Both the position numbers and the translations under genes were made by a program. The notes under the pieces are model-generated. The model was not told the origin of the DNA and searched no databases. It was given only the letters and a program-made list of their open reading frames with translations. Positions 1 to 10,800 of a stretch of 64,000 bases of DNA are shown in pieces. This DNA comes from Girardia tigrina (taxonomy: Eukaryota). Numbering within the stretch: the first letter of the stretch is position 1; every line of letters starts with the position of its first letter. The DNA lies in the NCBI GenBank assembly GCA_001938485.1, contig MQRK01229265.1:1-64000 (forward strand), given 5' to 3'.

Positions 1-455
1 AAATTTGAAATTAACTTTTTTTTACTTTATAATAAATCTTTACATAAATCTTTTAATAACCCTATCATAAAATTTATTTTATTTCTTACTTAAATTAATT
101 TTTTTACATTAAATTTCTGGAATCTTATTTTATCATATCTATAACAATATTTTACGGAATTTAATTGTTTGTTTAATAAATTGATAAAATACAAAAATTT
201 TATATATATTTATAACCACATTTTAAATTTATTTTGATTTAAAAATTATCAAATTTGAAATTAACTTTTTTTTACTTTATAATAAATCTTTACATAAATC
301 TTTTAATAACCCTATCATAAAATTTATTTNNNNNNNNNCTTAAATTAATTTTTTTACATTAAATTTCTGAAATCTTATTTTATCATATCTATAACAATAT
401 TTTACGGAATTTAATTGTTTGTTTAATAAATTGATAAAATACAAAAATTTTATAT
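1..455. repeat. Tandem duplication, 250-bp unit (1-250, then 251-~455)
   Basis: aaatttgaaattaacttttttttac... restarts at 251 and is near-identical for ~205 bp. Copy 2 contains a short N run. Confidence 0.9.
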
Positions 456-1022
456 TTTATGAGGACTTATTTTATAAAAATGTGGACAAACCTTTTATTT
501 AATACAATTTAAACATTTGTGGATTATATTCGTTTTTATATTGTGATTCATTATTATTCTTTTTATTCTGTCAGTTAAGTTTGGTTATTTAATATAATTA
601 TATCGTAACACTTTATTTTTATTTATTATTAAAAGCGATTCATAGATTTTAAGCAAAATTTTAATCTGTTAACAATATTTTTATTATTAAAACAAAGAAT
701 CAACAAAAGTAGGACATAGAAAAAGGGACATGTAAAAGCTTATTATTCAAAAATGGTTATATGTGATTTTCTTAGTTGGGAAAGAAAAATCATATATGTC
801 ATTGTAATTCATANGAAACACTTTTTTCAAAAAGAAGAATTTATTCTATTTAAAAAAAATATAATATAAAAGAAGCGGAATTCTAAAATTGCTAATTATT
901 TTATTTCTGAAATAAAATTATACACATATAAGTAAAAAATATTTTCGAAAAAGTGTTATTCTTAAACAAAAAGATATTTAAAATATTAATTTTTTTAATT
1001 ATATAATTAAAATAATATTTTA

Positions 1023-1231
1023 CAGGGTGGCCCAATGGGAACGCAGCCTCTAATTTTGCATATTCTAAATCTACTCGTCAAGACGAGTATTTTGATATAT
1101 AATATGTGAGGTGTAAAAATTCCAGAACTTGACCTTTTTGCGCAATAAATTTGCGCTGGAAAATACTCGTCTTGATGAGTAGATTTAGAATATGCAAAAA
1201 TTAGAGGTTGCGTACCCATTGGGCCACCCTG
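1023..1231. mobile_element. Tc1/mariner-type MITE (209 bp)
   Basis: ~71-bp TIRs (CAGGGTGGCCCAATGGG... / ...CCCATTGGGCCACCCTG) with TA duplicated at 1021-1022 and 1232-1233; no transposase. Confidence 0.92.
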
Positions 1232-1402
1232 TACAATTACTTAATAAATTCAATATTCATTTTTTTATATTTATTTTTATATTTTTCAATATTTTATTTT
1301 TAATAAGAAATGTTTTTTAGTAAACTTAATTTTTCTTTGCACTAGAGTATTCCATTTAATTTAACAATTTTTGATGTTTTTTTATAAATTAAGGATTTAA
1401 TT

Positions 1403-2416
1403 TTAATTACATTTTGAATTATTTGTTATTTTATTAATTTTTATTTTTTGATTCGGATAATAATATTTTTGTTTATCGATTCTTGTCCATTGAAAATAAG
1501 AATCTGATAACCATCGGTAAGTGATGCAATTATTATTTGTAAGACATCGAGACAAATTAGTTTGATAGTTCCCAATAACATGAGTTACCCGAGCCGTGAA
1601 CATATTTACTTGTGTACCACCCATTACACGCACCAATTCTGATACTTTCAAATTGGATATGTGATCAGTTTTCATATCATCACTAGCAAAATATATTACA
1701 CTGTCTTTCAATATTTCCTTTCGTTTCAAATTCATAATTTGTCCAACATCAACAATATTTTTTAATAAATTGTTTTCGAGCTCTTTAAAGAATCGTGAGT
1801 GAATGTTTTTGAGAATCGGTTGTAATATTCTTAAATAATTGTCTTCTGTTTTTATTAAATTTAATAACCTTTGCCTTTTACTTTCTACTTTTTTACTCAT
1901 GGATGTTAACTTGATGACATTTTTAACCAATTCGTAATATAAAAATGGTTTAATATGTACAACGGAAGATGAATATTCCCACACATCTAATCTATCGTCA
2001 ATTGAAATAATCATATTTCTATGATTTNNNNNNNNNNNNNNNNNNNNNNNNNNNNNNNNNNNNNNNNNNNNNNNNNNNNNNNTTGGTATAATTCGATCAC
2101 TGAAATAGATGTGATCTGGATCAATAAAATTAAGACATTGTGTGACATAATTTTTTGCACCAGCTGACATAAGATATAACTCAAACATGTCTTTCATTAT
2201 GGACAAAAATTGTTGTAAATGAGGTCGCATCTTTAAATAAAAAGAAAAAGTATTATTGTCAATATTGACATTGAATCGTGATCCGTTATGTAACTCTGAA
2301 TTTACATCAATAGAGTTTGCCGAACAACAAGAGATAAGAGTCTCGTCCATATCACAAATGAGAATTAGTTTTTTATTGATCAAAAGATTGTGAAAATATT
2401 CTTCATTGAATAGCAT
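1403..2416 (-). CDS. FCP1/CTDP1-like RNA polymerase II CTD phosphatase (FCPH/HAD domain + BRCT), intronless, 337 aa
   Basis: KKLILICDMDETLI (DxDxT catalytic motif), LKMRPHLQQFL, FELYLMSAG, IDPD..YFSDRII, IISIDDRLDVW and C-terminal BRCT motifs (LVRVMGG...VTHVIG...WLSDSYFQW). The N gap spans ~19 codons, matching the segment length I recall for FCP1. Confidence 0.88.
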   Translation of the reverse strand: MLFNEEYFHNLLINKKLILICDMDETLISCCSANSIDVNSELHNGSRFNVNIDNNTFSFYLKMRPHLQQFLSIMKDMFELYLMSAGAKNYVTQCLNFIDPDHIYFSDRIIPXXXXXXXXXXXXXXXXXXXNHRNMIISIDDRLDVWEYSSSVVHIKPFLYYELVKNVIKLTSMSKKVESKRQRLLNLIKTEDNYLRILQPILKNIHSRFFKELENNLLKNIVDVGQIMNLKRKEILKDSVIYFASDDMKTDHISNLKVSELVRVMGGTQVNMFTARVTHVIGNYQTNLSRCLTNNNCITYRWLSDSYFQWTRIDKQKYYYPNQKIKINKITNNSKCN

Positions 2417-2597
2417 AATTAATTGAGATTGTTTATTTGTTTTTGTTAATATGAGATATTTTATACAAATATAATTTAACTAAATGGTAACATAAATAAA
2501 ATAACATTTATATGCCTGAAATATTATTGGATAAAAATAAAAAAACAATAATTTTTAATAATTTTGTTATAAATATGAATAATTTTAAAATAATATA

Positions 2598-2601
<4 letters not shown>

Positions 2602-2645
<44 letters not shown>
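2602..2645. repeat. (TA)n microsatellite
   Basis: Uninterrupted TA run. Confidence 0.95.
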
Positions 2646-2648
<3 letters not shown>

Positions 2649-2750
2649 CAACATTTCCTATAAACAAAGTTTTTTATTAATAAATAACATAAATTTACAT
2701 TTAATCTTTTTTTAATTTACTTTTTTTTATTTATATATAACATATAATTA

Positions 2751-3299
2751 GCTTATTATAATAATAGCTAAATCTCTGTCTATCTATCTGTTTGTCTGTA
2801 AGGAACGAAAAATGTGCAAAGCACTTCAGACGAGGCTTACAGAACGTCCTGAGTATGTCACACATAGCAACGGTCGTGATTACCATGAAAGAGGTCGCGA
2901 TCACCCTAGAAACTGTTCCAGTTACCATAGCAACGGTCAGCACCACCACAGGCACCATAAGCTTAGGTTACAAATGCAACGATTTATAAGTCACCAGATA
3001 TAATATGTGTACGACTGTAGGTGATGTAGACTTGGCTGTCGGTATTTTGTGTTTGGGTTTATTTAATATCTAGATCAATAAATTATTCTTCTTTTTCTGT
3101 TTGAAACAATTGTTATATTGTCGGGGTTTTGATTCAGAAACGTTATCACATCGTCTTATTATTTACTCAATTTTTATTTTCAAAGTTGAATTTTCATTGC
3201 CGAAATCCTGATAATTTTAATATAAAAATAATTTTATAAGTCAACGATACAAACTTAAAATGTTTTTAATAGGTACATGATGCCGACGGATCCACCTAG
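2751..3299 (+). mobile_element. Putative non-autonomous Helitron
   Basis: The 5' part TATAATAATAGCTAAATCTCTGTCTATCTATCTGTTTGTCTGT resembles Helitron 5' ends with a (TCTG)n-like tract. The 3' end is a GC-richer patch ending CTAG|T (3296-3300). The 5' TC and 3' hairpin are degenerate. Confidence 0.45.
2858..2962. promoter_or_regulatory. 21-bp-period array of RFX X-box-like motifs
   Basis: Units start at 2858, 2879, 2900, 2921 and 2942. GTTACCATAGCAAC (2921-2934) fits GTNRCC-N2-RGYAAC exactly, and CATAGCAACGGTC occurs twice. Confidence 0.5.
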
Positions 3300-3624
3300 T
3301 ATAAGGAGTAAACAAAGAGCGACAGAAAATTGCAAGAGATTGTCATTGGAAGATTCTGAAAAATAATTTATTATTAGAATTTATATTTCAAGATGCTCCG
3401 AATACAAAGATATCGTTATGTATCTTTTTCGTGACCTAAATCTTAAATTTAGTTATAATTCGCTGAATTGCTGATTTCTTGATTTTAAATAATTAAAAAG
3501 AAATATTAAATTAAAAATATAATATTACTAATAACAGTAAATTATTGTTTAAATTATTATTTTGGCTTGAATTGAAGACTTCTTTGTTCAGGTTTAGTGT
3601 GTTGATTCGAATTGAAATTTAATT

Positions 3625-3700
3625 TGCTGAGTCATCGTGCTGAGAGAGTATTACTTGATTTGGGTCGTACTGATTGGCTTATCAATTTGATTTGATTGTT
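3625..3700 (+). promoter_or_regulatory. Putative PKA-C promoter (AP-1 site + CCAAT/NF-Y box)
   Basis: TGAGTCA at 3628-3634 and CTGATTGGCT at 3670-3679, followed by a T-skewed tract ending at a GAG|GTAATT donor (4018). Confidence 0.5.
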
Positions 3701-4850
3701 GTTTATGTTAATTTCGATTGTGATCTTTTTGAAATTTTTTTTGTGAGTTTAACTTTGTTTTACATGATTCGTATTTTTGTTAAGTGGTTTGTTATTTTAA
3801 ATATTTTTTGAAAATTTAGTTTTCAGTGACATTTTGAGAGTTTTGACCGACGAAATAGTGAAGAGATGATTTTTTATCGATTGAAAAACTAAATTATTGA
3901 AATTATTTTTCAATTTGAAAGAGCTATTGATTGTTTTTGACTAAATTGAAATTTGTAAATTGCTAATAAAAGAGTTTTTATTTCTTTTGATTTGAATTTT
4001 ACTTATTGAACCTTGAGGTAATTTCTTTGTGGAAACATTTTATTTCTAACAAATGAGTCGAACAAATATCACTGATTAAAAATATCTTAAATATGGGCTC
4101 AGCACCACAACCATTACGATAGTTCTATGAGGCAACTGAGAGACTACCAAAGCTCTTATAAAAGTCAGCACAAAACTAAAAACTTAATTATATGGTTATT
4201 GTAATTGATATTAGTACAATATACATCAATTTGTTTGTTGATTCTCTGGATAAATTTTATTTAAGAGTAGTTTTAAAAGTCTCTTTTAATTCAATAAAAT
4301 TGTATTTATACAAAAAAAATAACTGTTAATAATTACAATCAATGAAAATCAGTTCTAAGGTTACAAAACTTTATTTTATATTATCTAGGAGTTAATTCCC
4401 TACTATAAAGATATTAGTTTTCCCAAGAAATTATACATTTTTATTAAAAATTATACAATATCTTAAAAATTGTTCTGGTTCTAAAAATTAATTAAAATCG
4501 TTAACCTTTTATATTGTATTTTCTTAGATCTTTCTTGTTAAAAGCTCAATTCTCAAATTTTCTTTACCATATCAGCTACAGCAATTTCTAAAAATATGTT
4601 TTACTCTTATATCTTTAAATTCATATTTAAATTTTATTCAATAAAGAAAATAAATCAATTTTAGTGAAAATTATAAAGGATTAAAAATTTAATAATACAA
4701 TTAAATTAATTTCGAAATAAATTTCCAATTATAAATGTTGTTTTACTATATCGATAAAATCATAAATAAATTATTTCATTTCAAAATCTAGGTCATATGT
4801 TTAACAGATAGAATCGATAGATTATTAACTGAGGTTTAGTTTCTTCGACA

Positions 4851-4899
4851 ATGGGTAATGCACCTACAGTGAAACGGGAAGAGAAAGACAATGCTTTCG
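4851..4899 (+). CDS. PRKACA: PKA-C coding exon 1
   Basis: [16 protein letters not shown] with the myristoylation-type MGN start; donor G|GTAAAG. Confidence 0.9.
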
Positions 4900-7800
4900 G
4901 TAAAGTTTTCATTTTCTAACGTACAATTTAGAGAATGATAGGCATGACAAATATTTAAATACATTTTTAGTGAAAGTTTTCCTTGAAGAAGCTAAAAAAA
5001 AGTTTCTAGAACAATGGGATAATTCAACGCAAGTCGATAATAAAACATATGTTTAAAAAAACTTATAGGAATTTATTTGTAGAACACGTGTTGTTTGGAC
5101 GACTTTGATCGTATAAAAACCTTGGGAACGGGATCTTTCGGGAGAGTTATTCTGTCGCAACATAAAAAGAGTAAAAAATACCATGCAATTAAAGTTCTGG
5201 ACAAATTAAAGGTTGAGAATATTCATTTAGAAACAAAATTATTTCGAAATTTGGATTCAGATTGTTAAATTAAAGCAAGTCGAACATACTTTGAACGAAA
5301 AAAGAATATTACAAGCAATAGATTTTCCATTTCTTGTCAAAATGGATTACAGTTTTAAAGTAAAATTTTGATGTTTTTTTGAAAATCTAATTTTAAAAAT
5401 TTTATTGTTTATATTTAAAAAATTAACTAAATTATTAATAATTTAATAATAATATTTAAATAATTATAATAGTAATCTTAAGTTTAAATAAAACCTGAAA
5501 TAATTTTTTTGTTACTTATATGTTGTTTTTTAAAATTAATTAAAAAAATAATTTAATCATTTAAAATATTTAAAATTGAATTTTTACTCTTTGGATAACA
5601 AAGTTAAGATTAAAAACCTTTTTACATTCCTATGTAATTTTCTTTCAATTAATCTCTCAATAATTAATTTTTAATTTAAAAATCAATAATTAAAATCAAG
5701 AATTAAAGGAAGAGATTTTCCAATAATTTATTAATATCTATTAATAACATTATATAAACAAATTTCAGAAGTTTTTATACAAATATTGTGAATCCTTCTT
5801 TAATTCAAATATCGATATGTATTTTAATATAATATAAATTATTATAATTACTAATCCGTACAAATATTACACAAATTAATCTCGTAAAGTGTTTGAAAAA
5901 AGTTGCTAAAATTATTGTTATATTTTTTTAATAAACATCTTCGAAAAAATCTACTCTAAAATATAATGACTATAAATGTTTTTTCATTTATAAAAGATTT
6001 CATTATTCTCAAATAGAATAAGTTATTCAGTTAAAATAGAGAAATCACAAATTGGCATTAGTATACCTATTAAATATTCCATATGATTATGTGAAAACAT
6101 GAATGCCTCAAAAGATGAAAAGAATTTGAAATCGGTGATCTTTCCTTCACGTAAAAAACTGATTTTTATAATTATTTCTAAATTTTTCTCATTTGGAAAA
6201 TTTTATGAAAATAAACTTTCCTAAACACAAAAAACAAACATTAAATAGACAATGGTACACTACTAATCAGTTAGACTTTGAACACCAAAAATAAAGAAAA
6301 ATAACATTTTGTCAAGCTTTAATGATAAGTAGTCCGAGAAGATTATAAGAAAAAACATACTGATAAATGCTAGAAAAATAAAATATATTTATATTAATAT
6401 AATTTATGATTTATGTATAATTTATAATTACTTTTCATTTTTATATAACATGAATTAATAGTTATTATAATTATCTCATCTTTACCAAACATATAACTGT
6501 CGCTCTAAAAATTATAAATGATATTGAAGTATATCTTGATGATGATACAATAACGTTTCATTTCTAAAAGATTATTATGATGATCATTTCAGAAATAGAA
6601 ATTCATATACGTTAATAATTCTAGAACATTCAAACTCTAGAAACATTATTGTAATTACACATATTTATTTATAACATAGAATAGTTTTTGATGGATTTTT
6701 GTATGTTCATTAACTTCCAATTATTCAGAGAAATATTCATTATTAATATGTTTATTTCAATTATTAGCAAAATACAAATTCTGTTAGTAGAAAAGATATA
6801 ATAATTGTGGCTTAACGGATTTCTAAATCTGCTAATGATTGGCTTTCAGATTCATTTGCTTCAACAGCTGGATTACATTGGCATTTGTTTTTCTTGCTAA
6901 GAGATTTAGATTTACGAAACAACAACACACAAACATTTCAATATGTTTCGCAAATCTAAAAAACTCTACGTTTGCACATAGAGGTATACACGATTCACGG
7001 CGTATACTATCACCTCAAAGAGATACTTTCGAAAACAAAAAAATTCAATATCAAAAGTGGTCTCTCAAACCACTACTATTGAACGTGATGATAAGTTTAA
7101 TGCCGACCCTCAGACAGATGTGGCTACGGGAGGACCCATAGCCGCCATTTGCGTTCAAAGTGTCAATGATCACAGCATTGTGCTGTTTACATTAATTCAC
7201 ATATTTTGCTACGTTTTTCATCGATGTGTAAGCCGAGTGATGTTTCACATTCGATAATATAAATATTTGCTAGAGATTGTTCATTGACTTTCGGCAAGGT
7301 AAATATTTTATCGTCTTCTGTTGGCCATGAATGGAGCATTCCAAAAGCAGAGTACTTAAACAAACTGCTAATCCGTCGCGTTTCTGTTTTCTTTTTTTGG
7401 TAATACTTTGTATCATATGAGGTTTCAATATCTATAAACCATAGTTCTTTAGTGTTGGGTTTTTTATCTACAAATCAATTCTCATATTTGGTACGACCCT
7501 TCTCATATGTTGCTATTTTTAATGTAGTATACAGGACACTCAATGCCGATTGTTTCAATAACAAGATTACAAATCTCATTGTGAGTTTATTGGTCATTAT
7601 TGGGTTTCTATTGCAAAAGTAAAAGACATATACCTGGGATTCAACACTGTTGTTAAAAACTCTACATTTACTCTAATGTTAAGTATTAAGTTTGCCGACA
7701 GACTATTTTGTTCGCAATTTGTGTAATAGACGTCCATTTTTATTGCAGACTTTTATTACTGAGGATTTTGTATCTTTTTGATGTATGGCTACGGCAGTGG

Positions 7801-10800
7801 CAGATATACCTACTAATTTTGAATGTATCAACTGTAGTGAGCGATATAATGGTTTACGAAATTCCAATGAGAAATTTTTATTTTTGTTTGTCAAGAATAA
7901 CCCATCAAGCTTCAAAATAGATGATTAAAATATTTTTTAAAAAATATCACACTTATTATTAAACTATAAATCTAAAAATGCTTTGATACAATTTTTACTT
8001 CAATATATAATTAAATTAATTTGAATATTTAAAATGAGTAACATATTCAAAATATCAATCTACTCTCACAATTTGGAGGGACATCATTACAAAATTCAAA
8101 TATTAATAAAAATATACACAACAAACAAAGACAAAACTTGAAATTATTCTTCACAGAACCTATCAAAGGAAATTGAATAAAAAGTCTAACAGATACAAAG
8201 GGATTCATATTGGCTGAAAGTTTAACACTATACTGAAAGGAGGAGGTAGTAAAAATGTCCCCCACAAAATGGAGAGGAGATTATAAATCTTACATTAGTT
8301 ATACTAAATGACTAATCTCTCGATTTCTTTATAATTATCGTAGATTTTTAACCATTAATCAAAACTTATTAAATAATTTTTTGGTTTTTAATATTTTTGT
8401 GCTTTATTGAATATAATATAATATATAATATAAAGAAAAATATTTTAGTTTTTGCTACATTATTTATTTATTAGTATATATATCTTTAGAATTTTAAAAT
8501 AAATTTATGTATTTTAATATTATCAATTTAAAATAAAAATTGTTTGTCAATTTCTGAATACATACTTTAATGATTATCAATAATTCTAAAGCTTTGCATT
8601 TATTATGACAACGATTAAAATTTACAACTGCAACCACCTTATACATCCATCGAAGCTATGACCTAATTATAGAGGAATCGCTAAATGTAACGTTATAAAT
8701 AAGAAGATATGGAATATTGTCAAAAATATGAAAAACTAAAAACTAGCATACTTTAAGTATGATCTTAGTGTACTAAATACTTATTGGACAATCAGAGAAA
8801 GTCTAAAAATAGAAATTGGCTTTTACAAATTTGTTAATATATATTTGTCAGTGCTGAGGCTATTTCTCACCATTTTTACGTTGCTGCTAATGGCACCAAT
8901 TCGAGAGATTTCAGCTGTTGAAAGAGCGGAAATAATTGCGTTATCATCTGAGAATGTACGCCAAATTAATAATGCGAAATGATTGAATGTTTCGCAGTGA
9001 GCAGCGTCTAAGACAGTGAAATTTACAAAGAAAGTCGAACATTTTTGTCCATGAAACGCGGTCCTAGAAAACGAGCAACGAGTTAGAGAACGGTTAACCA
9101 CATTCATCAACTTTGTAAAAAGCATCCAACGTGGTCTGCCAAAGAATTACCTCCTCCCACATCTGTCAGGACCATTCAACGCCAGAACAATGTCAAATTT
9201 CATCTTTCAGCAAGAAAATCGACCCAAAATCACCTCCTTTCTGAAAAAAAAACATAATAGGTCGCTTGTCTTTCTGCCGAAAGTACTAAAATTGGACACG
9301 TGAAATGTGGAAAAATTTCATTTTTTTCTGATGAAAGCCAATTATATCAAATACAAGTAAATACCAAGTACGTTGAACGACCGAAAAATGAGCACTTCAA
9401 TCAAATGTATACAATTCCAACTGTTCGCCACTCTCCTTCTGTCATGGTTTGGGGAAGCTTTTCCGGAAAAATAGCAGGGAATCTATATTTTCTGCCTCCC
9501 AACACCACATTTAAAGCGAATAACTATCTCAAAATTCTGAAAAAGGAACTTCCAGCTGTCATGCAACGACTCAACGAAACATTTTTTTCGCAGAATAATG
9601 CCCCATGTCATAAGGCGAAACTGGTTATGACATTGCTACGCGAGCGAGACTAATGGAATGACCGGTTCAAAGTCCTGAACTTAATCCCATAGAAAATTTT
9701 TTGAACATCATGAAAAGAAGAGTGACAGTCAAACATTCCTCTTATGCGGATCATTTAAAAGTTTGGAACGAAACACTCTCACCAGACCAATGTTTCAAAT
9801 TTGCTGCCAGCTTGTCTCGAAGAATTCAAGCGCTGTTGAAGAACAAAGGAGGGTATACAAAGTATTAAATGTAGTAATAAGTACTTAAAACATGCTTTCT
9901 TTTCAATATACATGAATAAATTTAGTGATTTAAGTTTTTCTTTGTCGATGGGAATGCAAAATTTGCGCCTTGTCAATTTTTTTGACAATATTCCATATCT
10001 TTGTACATTTCATCCAAAACTCTTTTTTGGTGTATTGAATTTGGTGTCTGTTGACTTTCTATACTAATCAGTTTGATATCATTCATACACCTTAGAGACA
10101 AGAATGTCGAGAAAAGAAAGTTTCATTTACATCCACTTTTTTAGTAAATTCATGAATGATTGTATGAGGAATTTATCTTTGAACACAAGAAAGTCATTAT
10201 CTACATTTATTTTGTACAATACACAAGAGAAAATGAATAGAAAAAGCGTCAGTTTAAAAATTTATTTATTTATTTATCAATTTGACTTTAACAATATTTT
10301 TAGTCATAACATTGATAATCTATTCTATGATCCATAGAGATCAATATTGTTGAACCAATAAAATATTTTCAGCTCCGTTTTATTCTTTCAAGAAAAATCC
10401 TGTTTATTGACATGGCAAATATATCTCTTCATCCCCTGTATCAAAATTTGAGATATTAAAACGTCGAAGCTTTCGTATTGTTGACTTTTTGGCATCTGCT
10501 TAAGTGAAAGAAAAAGTTCATTTTCAGTTATTATTTAAGTTTTTTTTGTTATTGTCGTTTATTTTAGCGCATCTTCGTTATCATTTCACTCATATATTTT
10601 TATAATTATTTCTCTAAATGCAATAAGAAGTCGTTTAGCTTGTTATATTTTATAGAAAACCAATATACAATTCCTGTAATATAATGATTTAATTTTATTA
10701 ATTATTTAATAAATTTATTTTCGTTTCTACATCTCGTATTACTTAGATTAAAGAGACAACTTCAAAATATATGAGGAAGAAAGTTTAGCTATGAATCTTA

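Noticed and set aside
2731-3003. Three overlapping ORFs (63-75 aa), one His-rich
   Set aside because: The open frames are explained by the 21-bp repeat array; no family motifs, and starts are mostly non-ATG.
7340-7920. Possible LINE or other TE remnants here and at 11800-11960, 22140-22860, 27870-28330, 42900-43250 and 47830-48190
   Set aside because: Composition suggests decayed coding sequence, but no motif was clear enough to assign.
8035-8294. Possible solo LTR ending TCTTACA
   Set aside because: No convincing TG start and no matching TSD.
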